Shown here in pieces: positions 21,909 through 33,069 of a stretch of DNA of 64,000 nt (position 1 is its first letter; each line of letters starts with the position of its first letter). The notes below the pieces were generated by a model, which searched no databases, had not been told where the DNA came from, and saw only the letters and a list, made by a program, of their open reading frames with translations. Source of the stretch: a virus. A program made the position numbers and the translations under genes. The stretch lies in IMG/VR virus record IMGVR_UViG_3300031656_000001. The stretch is one strand, 5' to 3'.

Positions 21909-23192
21909 TTATTGAGGCATTTTTAAGAATACTTTCATTGCGTCAACATCAATTCGGGTGATCTGAACGGTAATTTTGTCACCGCTTGAAAATACATCCA
22001 TAAGATCTTCACCAACTTCACTGACGTGTAACAGTCCAGTTACGCCTTCTTCTATTGTAATGAATAAGCCGTAATCCTTTTTAGTCTTAACAGTCGCTTC
22101 AATAGTACATGGCATTTGATATCTTGAAATTATATCATTCCATGGATTAATCACAGCATTTGCCTTTTGAGTAAGTGTGATTTTAGTATTACTAATGATG
22201 TCTTTAACAATAAATGTAATTTCATCACCAGGTATAATTTGTCTTGCCTTGAATTTAACTAAAGTTTCCTCATCTAAATCGTTATTGTGAATCATTCCAG
22301 TTAAGCAACCTTTAAATTCAACAAATACTCCATATTTTGCAGATCCAGTTACGTTTCCAGTAAGTGTCTCTCCTTGATTTTCTTTTAATTTCTCTAGTTC
22401 TCCTGGAATTAAAGCTTGTAAGTATTTTCTATGTGAAACAACTAACGTACCTCTTTCTGGTGAGAAACTTACAGGGACAACATACATTTCAGTTCCTATA
22501 ATAGAAGAAAAATCATGTAGTTTATTAATACCTGCTAATGATCCTGGCATGAAACAATCAACGCCTTGTACATTTAGCATGTAACCACCATTTTCAATCA
22601 TATGTGTTACTTTACCGATCCATGCAGTGTTGCCTTCTTCGACAGCTTCTCTAAGATCCATAAATACTCTATGTTTAATACCACCGCTAATTGATCCAAG
22701 CGCATGTGAATTGTTAGGTACTTGTGTAATTAATACAGATGTTGGTTCTCCCGGTTTTAATGCTTGAATGTCTGCTGGTTCTTTAGCATACTTAACGTAA
22801 ACGTGTTCTCTGTACCCGATGTCAACACTAAAGAAGTCAGAGTCGACCGCGTAGATTGTACCTTCGTGTATTTCACCTAAATTTAATACTGTAACTAATT
22901 CTCCATTACTTTCGTTGAAGTCTTCTAGCATATCATACATTTCCTGTGCATATGATTCTCTAGAGAAAACCCTATCACCGTTTTTTGTTTTGATGTGTGG
23001 GTTGTGTTTTCTTGTTTTAGATGGGCAAGTAGCTTCGTAAGCGTCCCACATAAATTCACCAGATTCATCGTAAAATTGTTCTTCTGGTACTATTGGTTTA
23101 AAGTTTTCGATTGCGTTTGATGGTTCTTGAAATGGAACCTGATCATTTTTTACTTCGCTAATTCTAACTCTTTTGTTTTTTTCGTTGTTCAT
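21909..23192 (-). CDS. rpsA: Ribosomal protein bS1-like multi-S1-domain protein
   Basis: About four S1 repeats (VDCFMPGSL, LVVSHRK, YGVFVEF..GMIH, YGLFITIEEGVTGLLHVSE). Confidence 0.75.
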   Translation of the reverse strand: MNNEKNKRVRISEVKNDQVPFQEPSNAIENFKPIVPEEQFYDESGEFMWDAYEATCPSKTRKHNPHIKTKNGDRVFSRESYAQEMYDMLEDFNESNGELVTVLNLGEIHEGTIYAVDSDFFSVDIGYREHVYVKYAKEPADIQALKPGEPTSVLITQVPNNSHALGSISGGIKHRVFMDLREAVEEGNTAWIGKVTHMIENGGYMLNVQGVDCFMPGSLAGINKLHDFSSIIGTEMYVVPVSFSPERGTLVVSHRKYLQALIPGELEKLKENQGETLTGNVTGSAKYGVFVEFKGCLTGMIHNNDLDEETLVKFKARQIIPGDEITFIVKDIISNTKITLTQKANAVINPWNDIISRYQMPCTIEATVKTKKDYGLFITIEEGVTGLLHVSEVGEDLMDVFSSGDKITVQITRIDVDAMKVFLKMPQ

Positions 23193-23239
23193 TTATTTTA
23201 TATTAAAGGTGTAACATATTATATATCCTATTTTATTTG

Positions 23240-25180
23240 CTAAAAAACAACCGGTACCATGCCGATCATTGGTATTGGCCCAGCAGGCGTTGGTATTCCA
23301 CCCAAATATAATAGTTTAAATTCTAGTAAATGTAATGCATATGCTGCTGCAACTGCAACTGATACTGCCATTGCAGGTGGTTGCGGTGCAGGAATCACAC
23401 TGAATGTTTTCCCGGTGGCCCATGCCTTTCTTAAATTATTGCCTAATCTCTTTGCACTACCATAGTATATTGGAATGTAAATTCCTGTTAATGGTGGCGG
23501 TATCATAGCTGGCATTGCAGATGGCGAAGCTGCAAACGGTTGAATTAAACATGCGTACCAGTACGCAATTGTAACTTGTCCCATTTTTATCCATGGATCG
23601 CCTCCTGGCCAATCATAATCTATATTTGCATCAGGCTCTGCTTCATCGCATATGGCAGCACCTTCTATTGCATCTATTACTTGTTGTCTTGTAAATTTAA
23701 ATTGAGTTCCACCAGTATTAGGGTTCATTGCAATAATATCTTCAGGACTTCTTACAGTATTTATATTTGCTGGTATTTTATTCCAACCTATTTCCCATTC
23801 AGAGATAACGTATTGTGTGTTTATATAAGCATCGCTTTTTTTCCACCAATAAACTGTACCTTCAGGGTCACTACTACTATCAAAACCAGTTGCAAATATA
23901 CTAAGTGTAAATGATTTAGAAACTTGTGAACTATTATCATATGAAAAGAATGCAACAACTTCATCACTTAAAACTTTAGGGCGTTTGCTTTCATTATCCG
24001 GTAAATCATTCTCTCTATCATAAGATACCTGAATTTTATTTACAGACAACATGCATTCCGGTTTTTCTTTAGTGTCATATGGCCATGGTCTAATAATAGG
24101 ACTAAATTGTCCAACATCAAATGTAGCAGACATATTGTCACGTGGATTCGTATATGTCGTAATATTAGTAAAAGAAGATCCCAAATTAATTACGTTGTTC
24201 GTTTCACTAGATCTGCTTACTTCAACTACAGTGTCGTCGTAATACGCACGTTGAATAGCCAACTTAAATTTACTGCTGATTGTGTTAACTACTATTTCCC
24301 AATCATAGCCTACTGATGTTAATCTAGTCCTAACACTATTAGGAACATTTGGATATGGCCATAAATTTCTGAAAGTAGTGTCACCTCTTTGTTTGTCATT
24401 ATCATTCATATTCTGGTAATTGATCTTACCTAAGCTTGTAGCCCACATTGCATAATCCAATTTATCTGCAGTGTTTGTTATCGTTTCAAATTGCTGTAAC
24501 ATTCTATTAACAATAAGGTATATAAAATCTAATTCAGTTTCATCACCATCTAAACAATGAAATTCAAAGAACTTAAACTTTTTAAGATCCATTACTGAAT
24601 CATCTTTAAAATCTTCTATGAATTTATTAAATTTCTTCTGACGTTTCTTTTCTAGTTCAACTGGATCTGGTTCTTCTATAGGACCTGGGCAAAAATCAGC
24701 ATAATCAGGATGAGACTCTTTACCCATCGTAGTTATATTGCCATCTGCATCTTTCTGGTCTTGTAATGGAATATCGCCCTCTTTTAATATCTGTTCAAAT
24801 ATTAATCCATATCCTTGTTTAAGAATAAGTTCAGCTGCTGGGTTATTAGAATGTGTTGCACCGAATGGTGTCATAGCTAAACCTTTCACCGCTTCTAAAT
24901 AACGTTCTGCTACGTTTACACCAAAATCATATCTACCACTTAATGGCGCTAAATTAATAGCATTTACCATTGTAGTTGGATCTGTTACTAACATAGTATT
25001 TGCTGGATTTCCAGGTTTTAACGATTCTACTAACTCAGCTGATGGCGGAAAAATAGGCACTTGATCCTTTCCTACCTTTGGTAAGTCGTAAGATAACATT
25101 GCTCCACCTGGTTTCGTAAACGATTGTCCAGACAAGTCTGAGGCTAGTGTAGGAATAAATGTGGGCCAAAGTGCAGGCAT
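23240..25180 (-). CDS. Hypothetical virion protein next to the gp5-like spike
   Basis: 646 aa; Pro-rich ends (GGIPTPAGPIP); directly downstream of the gp5-like gene. Confidence 0.4.
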   Translation of the reverse strand: MPALWPTFIPTLASDLSGQSFTKPGGAMLSYDLPKVGKDQVPIFPPSAELVESLKPGNPANTMLVTDPTTMVNAINLAPLSGRYDFGVNVAERYLEAVKGLAMTPFGATHSNNPAAELILKQGYGLIFEQILKEGDIPLQDQKDADGNITTMGKESHPDYADFCPGPIEEPDPVELEKKRQKKFNKFIEDFKDDSVMDLKKFKFFEFHCLDGDETELDFIYLIVNRMLQQFETITNTADKLDYAMWATSLGKINYQNMNDNDKQRGDTTFRNLWPYPNVPNSVRTRLTSVGYDWEIVVNTISSKFKLAIQRAYYDDTVVEVSRSSETNNVINLGSSFTNITTYTNPRDNMSATFDVGQFSPIIRPWPYDTKEKPECMLSVNKIQVSYDRENDLPDNESKRPKVLSDEVVAFFSYDNSSQVSKSFTLSIFATGFDSSSDPEGTVYWWKKSDAYINTQYVISEWEIGWNKIPANINTVRSPEDIIAMNPNTGGTQFKFTRQQVIDAIEGAAICDEAEPDANIDYDWPGGDPWIKMGQVTIAYWYACLIQPFAASPSAMPAMIPPPLTGIYIPIYYGSAKRLGNNLRKAWATGKTFSVIPAPQPPAMAVSVAVAAAYALHLLEFKLLYLGGIPTPAGPIPMIGMVPVVF

Positions 25181-25182
25181 AA

Positions 25183-25896
25183 TTATTTACCTTTTTGTTG
25201 ATAGTTAATATGAGTCTGTGATAATTGTCCAACAACGACTGGTGTCGGAGGCATCGGAGGTCCAGAAGGACCAACGCCTGTTGGGTGAATATGTGCATTG
25301 TAATCGTCTAACCACATTTGCAACCAATCTTGAAGAGATTGACCTCTCACTGCTGGTTCTGTTTCATCTGCACCTGGTTCACCTGTATTTGAAACGAATA
25401 TATCACCACAGTCTAAGAACATCTTTGCGTCTGTGCTTATCTTAATGAATCCTTCCTCGTCTATTTGAATCATAGGGCGTTCTTTTGCACCTGATCCTCT
25501 AGTAATAACTAAGCCGTCTTCAGGAGAATGATATATTCTAACATTCCTTACAGCATCATATACTAAACTAATCACATCATGAGGAGCATCGCTCGCTTCC
25601 AATATATCTGATTTTAATTCTGTATTTTGATCTATTTGAAACCAATATTCAGGGTGATAAATGTTACCGTTATCAAAACGTACAGCAACAATATCGCCAA
25701 CTCTTGGTACAGCATGTGCACCAACCTGATCCCTATTCATAGGAGTTGCCCATGGAATTGCGTCGTCTGTTAGTTTATCGAATTTACCATAAACCTTTAC
25801 TCTGCATCTTCCATTCAAAAGCGGATCTTCGTTTACAACGACTTCACCTAACCAATGTGTCTCCCTTAAATTATCTTGAAAAAGTTCATCTGCCAT
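25183..25896 (-). CDS. Baseplate central spike (gp5/VgrG-like OB fold, no lysozyme domain)
   Basis: GEVVVNEDPLLNGRCRVKVYG...IPWA...PRVGDIVAVRF OB-fold motif; C-terminal HIH metal-binding tip motif. Confidence 0.8.
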   Translation of the reverse strand: MADELFQDNLRETHWLGEVVVNEDPLLNGRCRVKVYGKFDKLTDDAIPWATPMNRDQVGAHAVPRVGDIVAVRFDNGNIYHPEYWFQIDQNTELKSDILEASDAPHDVISLVYDAVRNVRIYHSPEDGLVITRGSGAKERPMIQIDEEGFIKISTDAKMFLDCGDIFVSNTGEPGADETEPAVRGQSLQDWLQMWLDDYNAHIHPTGVGPSGPPMPPTPVVVGQLSQTHINYQQKGK

Positions 25897-27323
25897 TATT
25901 CGTATACATTATCGTTAATATTTTCATCTGGGCTACTGTCTACCCCTTTATCGTGAATTCTACCAGGTGTAATATGCCTCGTAGTTTGTTCTTTTGCAAT
26001 AGGTTCATAAACTCGTTCGTTGAGATTATTATCTGGACTACTATCAACGGTTGGTTCGTCGTAAACAGTAATAGGTGAAATAGTACCATTAACAGGTTTC
26101 GTTGTTTTTTTCTTAAATAATTGTCCGGTTAAATTTCTAATTCCATTAATACTTCCAGCTTCAAGCGCAGTATTGATGTCGCTTGCTGTACTCAAAGCGC
26201 CTGCAGCTCCATGTACATTATCAAGTATCAATGATTTTAATTTATCCATGCCAGCGTTTGCTAAACTTGCAGCAGCTCCTGTTAATCTTTCAGGATATAC
26301 TGCACCCATTGGATTATTACCGAAACCTGGTAAACTATTCTTTAAATTATTGAATCGGTTTACAAGTGAACCTGCAATTCCATTTACTTTATCACTGATT
26401 GCATTTTGAACATTAGCCAATGGATTAAATGGTTGATTAGGATATAAACCATCATCTGGCTTTGCACTAGGTATAAGATCTTCTTCTTTTGCTGTGATGT
26501 TTGGTCCAAACTTTTGCCTAGACATTGATGAAGTACCCCAAATAAAACTTATTTTAGGTTTTTTCAATTCCGGGTTTTTACCTGCGTCTGCAAACATATC
26601 TGCTATTGAATCTTGAATCCATTCACAATGTCCTAATTCAAACATAACAAATGGCTTAGCATCTGCTGTATAATTTCCAACTAATGTTCCATCAAATTCT
26701 CCCATGCTTTTATAAACCGAAGTTTCATATCCTTTTGCTCTTGGAATAATATTAACAGATTTACTTCCATTATCACTTGGCATCGGTGTACCATACTGAT
26801 CTAAATCTCTGGCACCTTTGTCTTGTTGAAATGTTCTAACCTCTGAAAGAACGGTCCACACTCTAAAGTGTCTTAGATTTTTAGGAAGAATTTCAACATA
26901 CCTGTCATAATCATAAACTGCTTGTTTATAAAGTGTCATTAAAGCGATTGCTGTTAATTCTACATTTTCTTCTAAACATTCTATTTCGATCTTTAGTTTT
27001 CCCTCACCCAACCAAGGTTCCTTCATATCAGTGTGCATTTGAGTAGCTTCAAGTCCTGATACTTTTTGCCAAAACCAAGGCATCTCGGTGTTAATCTTAA
27101 GTAAAACTTTTTTGAATGCTACTAGTTTTAAAGCATATGTTGTGCCTAAATGTGCATCTACGAAATCTCTAAGATATTCTTCAGCAGGTCCCGAGAACAA
27201 TGGTGAATGTTGTCTATCTACTGTATCAAACATGAAAAAGAAACTAAGATAAGTTGGATCTTCGCTGATCTTTCTTGAAATAGAACCTTTTCTAAATTCA
27301 TTAATATGTTTAAAGTCTGACAT
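25896..27323 (-). CDS. Tail/baseplate structural protein (possibly tube-fold)
   Basis: 475 aa between hub-like and gp5-like genes; call rests on context. Confidence 0.4.
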   Translation of the reverse strand: MSDFKHINEFRKGSISRKISEDPTYLSFFFMFDTVDRQHSPLFSGPAEEYLRDFVDAHLGTTYALKLVAFKKVLLKINTEMPWFWQKVSGLEATQMHTDMKEPWLGEGKLKIEIECLEENVELTAIALMTLYKQAVYDYDRYVEILPKNLRHFRVWTVLSEVRTFQQDKGARDLDQYGTPMPSDNGSKSVNIIPRAKGYETSVYKSMGEFDGTLVGNYTADAKPFVMFELGHCEWIQDSIADMFADAGKNPELKKPKISFIWGTSSMSRQKFGPNITAKEEDLIPSAKPDDGLYPNQPFNPLANVQNAISDKVNGIAGSLVNRFNNLKNSLPGFGNNPMGAVYPERLTGAAASLANAGMDKLKSLILDNVHGAAGALSTASDINTALEAGSINGIRNLTGQLFKKKTTKPVNGTISPITVYDEPTVDSSPDNNLNERVYEPIAKEQTTRHITPGRIHDKGVDSSPDENINDNVYE

Positions 27324-27341
27324 GTGTTATATATTCTGTTT

Positions 27342-29315
27342 TTATTTATCTTCAATTGTAAAGGCTGCAACACTTTCAAATAATTTACCCTCGGCTCTCA
27401 TAGATACTGTTAAATCATATGATCCTATATCAAAATCTGATTCAGCATTGAATGTCCAAGTACCGTTTGTTTTAAGCGAAAGATTATATCCCCAACTCCA
27501 TGACGTATCATCCATTTCTATTTCAAATGCCTCAACGCCTTCAAACTCTCTGTTTTTAGTCCATGTACCTGACGTTGTGAAATATGTATTACTTGATGGG
27601 AAAGGAGACATGACATCTTGCACAAAAGTAGATCCTGCATTATCAAATCCTAAAGTTATTTCTAAATCTTCAGGAACAGGCGTCGGTGATGGTGTTGTTT
27701 CCGGTGTCGGCACTGGCGTTGGTGCTGGTGTTGGTTCCGGACTATTTTCCGCAACATTTTCAGCTTTCTCTTCATCTGTTGCAGATTCTAATCCCGGAGG
27801 ATTAATTAAGTTTTCAGTTCTAGTTGGCCATTCTCTTCTCAATAATGTAACTATTTGTTTAGTCTCGCCATCAGTAGTTCTGTATACTATATCTTCTATA
27901 AGATAATATCCCGATAAAAATGAATCTAATGCTTGGTTTGGACTTCTACCTTCTTCTATATCGTCAGAGAATTCTCCTAAATTAAAAGGTTCATCTTTAT
28001 CCATGCTAAGTTCTTTCTTATCACCTTTAATTCTTTCATTCTGTTCAATTGCCTGTTCGTTTACAATATACATTAACACAGGAATCTTTTGGTATTTATA
28101 TAATGATGGATTAAATGAATTCAAAGTAACTTCGATTTTCATTTTTTGAGTTTCCATTGCATTTTGTTTATTGTGCAACTTTGAAAAACTAGCATTTGGA
28201 TGTACGTTTCCTAAACCATCATCACCTGCTTCTTGTCTTCCAATGTATTTATACTTAATTTGCTCCAAGTGTCTCTTGTCGTTTCTATTACCTCTGAGTG
28301 GTTCTTCTAATTCTTTTAGATCTTTGCCACCGAGCGGCTCAATTCTAAACTCTTGCTTCTTATTATCACCATTGTTATCATATATTGTAACTTCTCTTGC
28401 ATATCCAGCAGTTGTACTAATAGCATTTGCATTATTGATCATTTTATTAGATTCAATAAATGCACTGTTTCCCATGAATGCAATATGATTAGTTAGTAAT
28501 AAAGGTACTTCAATATCATTACCTGTTTTGGCCTTTTCAGCTGAGTCACCTGAAGGCGTCATAGATTCCGCAGCAGAAGCCAAAGATTCTGCAAATTCCT
28601 CAATTGGAGGGTTAGGCGAATTAAACAATGCATTAACATCTACATAATTCATATAGTAATATGAATCGATCCACCATTTTTGAAATGATTCTTCACCAAT
28701 ATAACTTTCGTTTACTATTGATTTTATAAAATCCATATATGACGTGTATGCCATGATTCTAGATTGAGAATCGTCTGTTGTGTCTATGTTAGTTGCTAAT
28801 CCTAATTTTAAATCTCGTGCTACTTCTTCCATATGATCTAATGATCCACCATTATCAAAGCTCACACATGATTCTGCATATATTTTAGGAATTTTACAAT
28901 AACCGCTTATACTAAAAGTTGCGGGACCAACATTACCTTCCTTAGGTGCTTTACATGAACTTATATCAAAATCCATATGAATTGATTTGAACGTCTCTTG
29001 GTTTTTAGAATTTATAAGTACTGTAAAGAAGTCGCCGTCTCTTGGATAACTACCAACTGCAAATTTACCTGCGCTGTCTTTGAGTGTTAATTTACAGGTA
29101 GGTAAAATTTGAGTTAAGTTTAATTCAAAATAAGTAACGTCATCAGGCCTAAATTGATATCCATTAATAAGTATCATCGGTTTTAATGTAGCAATGACAC
29201 TTGTCTGTTTATACTCTGCCTCATCTGGTTTTTCTTCAGCAAGCGCATCGATCTTTATTTCAGTTGGCCTGATTTCAGGCTCAACTACTGCTAATATATT
29301 GTTAGATAATTCCAT
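27342..29315 (-). CDS. Baseplate hub (gp27-like) with PT-rich linker and C-terminal extra domain
   Basis: Position between gp53-like and gp5-like genes; LSGYYLIEDIVY hub-like motif; PTPAPTPVPTPETTPSPTP linker. Confidence 0.6.
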   Translation of the reverse strand: MELSNNILAVVEPEIRPTEIKIDALAEEKPDEAEYKQTSVIATLKPMILINGYQFRPDDVTYFELNLTQILPTCKLTLKDSAGKFAVGSYPRDGDFFTVLINSKNQETFKSIHMDFDISSCKAPKEGNVGPATFSISGYCKIPKIYAESCVSFDNGGSLDHMEEVARDLKLGLATNIDTTDDSQSRIMAYTSYMDFIKSIVNESYIGEESFQKWWIDSYYYMNYVDVNALFNSPNPPIEEFAESLASAAESMTPSGDSAEKAKTGNDIEVPLLLTNHIAFMGNSAFIESNKMINNANAISTTAGYAREVTIYDNNGDNKKQEFRIEPLGGKDLKELEEPLRGNRNDKRHLEQIKYKYIGRQEAGDDGLGNVHPNASFSKLHNKQNAMETQKMKIEVTLNSFNPSLYKYQKIPVLMYIVNEQAIEQNERIKGDKKELSMDKDEPFNLGEFSDDIEEGRSPNQALDSFLSGYYLIEDIVYRTTDGETKQIVTLLRREWPTRTENLINPPGLESATDEEKAENVAENSPEPTPAPTPVPTPETTPSPTPVPEDLEITLGFDNAGSTFVQDVMSPFPSSNTYFTTSGTWTKNREFEGVEAFEIEMDDTSWSWGYNLSLKTNGTWTFNAESDFDIGSYDLTVSMRAEGKLFESVAAFTIEDK

Positions 29316-29323
29316 ATGTATTG

Positions 29324-30145
29324 TTATTTAGCGCAAGGTGAATCTGCTTCATCAATTGAAGGATCATCAGTAGATGCAGGCGCATCACCATCAGGTATTT
29401 CACCTCCTAATTCATCTGCAATATCGTTATTTTCAATTTCAATTGTTTCTATTCCATTATTATCTCTATCACCTCCATTGCCATTTGCATTATTGATTAA
29501 GTCATCTTCATATGAATTATCATCGCTTATGTTATTTTCATTTTGTGAAATAATGTCAGGTGTATTGTGTATATCGGTTAAGTTGTCATTGTCAGATGTA
29601 GCCGCTTTCTTCATCTCACTTAAAATAGAATTAACAACAGGATCTGTTTGAGGTCCCATGCCCAATCTAACATCAGTTCCATCAAATTCATAGTTTTTTC
29701 TACCAACTGGAATCACATTAGGTGGCAATAAAGATTCTTTGTTGTATTTTTTCTTAAGTGCTTCTATTCTCCGTTGATCAGTCTTACTTAATCGTTTTGT
29801 CTTTAAGAATTGATTCTTAATTGGATTATCTTCATACATGTCCGGAGTCTCTAGTCTATAATAAGGAATAGTATCTACAGGAACATAAATGGTTTCGCCT
29901 GGCATAATAGAAAAAGGATCTGATATACCATTGAATTTTAAAATAATATCTAAACCATCTGTGCCTCCGTAGTGTTTTACAGAAATCAAATCGGGTCGTA
30001 CAACGTCATCTTTAGTTACAATGTGTTTAGCTACCATCGCATACTCATTAGGATCTAATGTTCTAAAAAGCATAGTCGGTTGGGCTAGTAACATTTTATC
30101 TTTACTAGTACTTAATGTTTTATTTCTAAATATTTTAAAATCCAT
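29324..30145 (-). CDS. Baseplate wedge gp53-like (LysM-like) protein with acidic tail
   Basis: RPDLISVKHYG...ILKFNGISDPFSIMPGETIYVP matches the gp53 motif. Confidence 0.8.
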   Translation of the reverse strand: MDFKIFRNKTLSTSKDKMLLAQPTMLFRTLDPNEYAMVAKHIVTKDDVVRPDLISVKHYGGTDGLDIILKFNGISDPFSIMPGETIYVPVDTIPYYRLETPDMYEDNPIKNQFLKTKRLSKTDQRRIEALKKKYNKESLLPPNVIPVGRKNYEFDGTDVRLGMGPQTDPVVNSILSEMKKAATSDNDNLTDIHNTPDIISQNENNISDDNSYEDDLINNANGNGGDRDNNGIETIEIENNDIADELGGEIPDGDAPASTDDPSIDEADSPCAK

Positions 30146-30159
30146 CTTATTTTATTATT

Positions 30160-32022
30160 TTATCCTGCTGACATATCTGATAACTTACTCATATATGGCG
30201 CATTCTTAATATTATCTCCTGATTTACCTCCATATGCATTAACATTGATCATTGAATCAACATCTAATCCTTCGCCTTCATCCATCCATTCTGGTTGTAA
30301 ATACATTCTACCTCGACCTGCATTAAACATAGATTCAATTTCAGTTTTATCTCTAGGTCTACCAGGTTTTAGTGTTATTTCAACTTTCATTTTAGTAGGA
30401 AAACCTTCAAAACCTAAAGGTCCTTCAAACGAAACGTTGCTTTCTTGTAGTGCTAAATTTCCGCAAACTATAATAGGATTCATTGGATTACCAATAGTTA
30501 AATGCCATTGTCCAGTTGGATCACCTGTTAAGAATGCTTTAATTATATCCCCACCTCCAGGTCCACCTAGCATTTTCATAAGTCCTCCACCTACTATGTT
30601 TTCTAGAATAGAAGAATCACCTAATATTTTATTTATACCAGCACCGCTAGTAACATTAGAAGCTGTCTTTTTTAATTGATCCATAAAGTTTCCACCCATA
30701 CCAGCAAGTGTATCAGCAATAGAACCTATATAACCAGCATAATCACCCTTTGCTAACATAGCAGAATCACCGAATGGTTTACCAGTATTACCAGTACCAC
30801 TAAATCTAGTAGCTCCTCCCCAAAATGGTGCATTGTTGAATGTAAGTGCTAAGACATTTGATAATGTATCCATAAACGCAACCTTTGGGCTCGTTCCAGG
30901 ATATGCTTTAAGATCATAATGAAATGATATTTTAAAATCTTGTTCAAATATTAAACCTTTATCTCTAGCTAATACGTTATCTATAATATTAAGAGGTCCA
31001 AATACCTTGTTTGGATATGTTGCTTTATTATAATCAACATTAGCACCTCTTTTTTTAATATTTTGTGCTTGTACTGAATTGAATCCATTTAAACCAGATT
31101 CAACTGCTGATGCAAGTGGACTACCCTCAATTGCTTTACCAGCTTTACCCCTATCAGCTGTTTGTGATTGTGCGTCTTGTATACTAGATTCTGCTACTGT
31201 CCATTTGAAAGCTGTTTTGAATTTAAGTATTTCTTCTAAATTATTACCTAATGCTGGTGATAGCCATGTTACTGCTCGTGCTAAATCAGGCTGACTTGTA
31301 TCAATCTCTTTTGCATCTGTACCATGTTGTATTGGTGTTAATAAATCATCAGGTACTGGATAAGCAAATCGCCTAAGAGTAATTAAATAATCGTTAGATA
31401 TTTGACCATAATGTTCCATCTGAATAAAATCACTGTAACTATATGAGAAACATTCTTTACCAGTAACTTTAGCATATTCTACTATATTGTTAGCAGTTGG
31501 ATTTAATTTATTATTATTACCAGCGCTTGAATTCTCGCCGCCATCAAACATTACTGGCTTATTATAATCATTACCAGTAGTTGGTCCATTAGTAAAATTA
31601 GCTTGACCTGTTCTATTAGCAAATCTATGAAGTGTCCACGCATTAAACAAACTTCTAGGTGCTTTACCTAAATGTATCGTCTCGCCTTTATCTTCATACG
31701 TATCGCCATTCTCACCACTAACAGTAGTCTTTACAGAATATACTTTAGACTCTACAGGATTATTAGGATATAAAGATTCTGTTTTAGCATTTTTACCTGT
31801 AATGGTAGCTACATTTAATGTGTTTTTTCCTGTACCTGTAGTATCTGTAGGTGTTTTTGATTCTCCACTCAATGCACCAACCTTTGGACTAGTTGTCTTT
31901 ACTTCTCTACCAGATTTAACGTCTGTGTAAAAGAAATGAGTTACATCAACGCCTGTTGTTGCATCAGCTACAGTTAATGATTTTTTGAAAATGAAATTTA
32001 AATCGTCGGTTATTCCTGACAT
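30160..32022 (-). CDS. Baseplate-tail tube junction/initiator (gp48/gp54-like)
   Basis: C-terminal tube-like segment GNLALQESNVSFEGPLGFEGFPTKMKVEITLK; located upstream of gp53-like gene. Confidence 0.5.
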   Translation of the reverse strand: MSGITDDLNFIFKKSLTVADATTGVDVTHFFYTDVKSGREVKTTSPKVGALSGESKTPTDTTGTGKNTLNVATITGKNAKTESLYPNNPVESKVYSVKTTVSGENGDTYEDKGETIHLGKAPRSLFNAWTLHRFANRTGQANFTNGPTTGNDYNKPVMFDGGENSSAGNNNKLNPTANNIVEYAKVTGKECFSYSYSDFIQMEHYGQISNDYLITLRRFAYPVPDDLLTPIQHGTDAKEIDTSQPDLARAVTWLSPALGNNLEEILKFKTAFKWTVAESSIQDAQSQTADRGKAGKAIEGSPLASAVESGLNGFNSVQAQNIKKRGANVDYNKATYPNKVFGPLNIIDNVLARDKGLIFEQDFKISFHYDLKAYPGTSPKVAFMDTLSNVLALTFNNAPFWGGATRFSGTGNTGKPFGDSAMLAKGDYAGYIGSIADTLAGMGGNFMDQLKKTASNVTSGAGINKILGDSSILENIVGGGLMKMLGGPGGGDIIKAFLTGDPTGQWHLTIGNPMNPIIVCGNLALQESNVSFEGPLGFEGFPTKMKVEITLKPGRPRDKTEIESMFNAGRGRMYLQPEWMDEGEGLDVDSMINVNAYGGKSGDNIKNAPYMSKLSDMSAG

Positions 32023-32075
32023 ATGGGTGAATTTTCTTTTTTATATATATCTACCTTATATGGTAGGATAATATA

Positions 32076-32675
32076 TTAAACCCACTCGGTGTTGTCCATT
32101 TCGTCGGTTTCAGGTCTATATAGTAGATTATCAGACCATTTAGAATCTTTTGGGTATTTATTACCTAAGAATTTTTGTAAAGATTTTACATATTCACCTT
32201 TAGTATGCCAATAAAATTCACCATCTCGGTATACTGATCTATTGACAAGCTCATATAGCTCTTTCAGTTTCATCTCTATATGAAACGTTTGGATATTATT
32301 AAATAGAGTTTCTTGTTCAGCCCGAGTTCTTGTACAGAACACAGAGTCAACAACAATTAGATACTGTTTCCACTTAGCACCATTAAATATATTATTTTCA
32401 ATATCTATGACAGTTGGATACAATGCTCTTTTAAGATTCAACTTAGTATCTCTACCATCAAAATCTTTTATAAATCTACCGCCAAATATATTCTTTTTCA
32501 GAAAATAAACCTGATCGTAAAACTTTTTAATTCTAATTTGATATTGTGGATTGACGTCTTCAAACTTAACGTCATAGATAGTTGCTCTAACTGGGATTAA
32601 TAAGTTAGGCTGTTGTGTAGTAGAAATAAGGGCGTGAATTTGATCACCCTTAGAAAATAGTTTGTGTTTAATCAT
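32076..32675 (-). CDS. Hypothetical protein
   Basis: 199 aa ORF in an overlapping gene string. Confidence 0.55.
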   Translation of the reverse strand: MIKHKLFSKGDQIHALISTTQQPNLLIPVRATIYDVKFEDVNPQYQIRIKKFYDQVYFLKKNIFGGRFIKDFDGRDTKLNLKRALYPTVIDIENNIFNGAKWKQYLIVVDSVFCTRTRAEQETLFNNIQTFHIEMKLKELYELVNRSVYRDGEFYWHTKGEYVKSLQKFLGNKYPKDSKWSDNLLYRPETDEMDNTEWV

Positions 32676-33069
32676 TGTCTATAAACCTAACATTGTCAAA
32701 TTTGCTTAAAACTCCGGTTTTCGGAAAGTCACATCTATTAACTACTAATAGATCTAACTCGCAAACTTCGTCTGACATGTCATTAATGAAGTCCCTGAAA
32801 CCACCAACGGTATCAGCACTCAAAGATTTAAACATATAAAGAATCTTGACGTCTTCTTGTTCGCCAAGATTCAATAATACTTTTTGGATTATTTTTCTAA
32901 TATAAATAGAAATGATTATATTCGATGGCTCTGTATTATCTGGATCACTTTTAACCAAACGATTAAAAATATCGTAATACGAAACTGAAAGATCATAGTC
33001 ACCCGATTTGGATAACTTATCGAATTCTGTTCTTGTCTTGCACCAAACACCTTCTATTTTTATATTCAT
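32668..33069 (-). CDS. Hypothetical protein
   Basis: 133 aa; overlaps both neighbours. Confidence 0.55.
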   Translation of the reverse strand: MNIKIEGVWCKTRTEFDKLSKSGDYDLSVSYYDIFNRLVKSDPDNTEPSNIIISIYIRKIIQKVLLNLGEQEDVKILYMFKSLSADTVGGFRDFINDMSDEVCELDLLVVNRCDFPKTGVLSKFDNVRFIDND

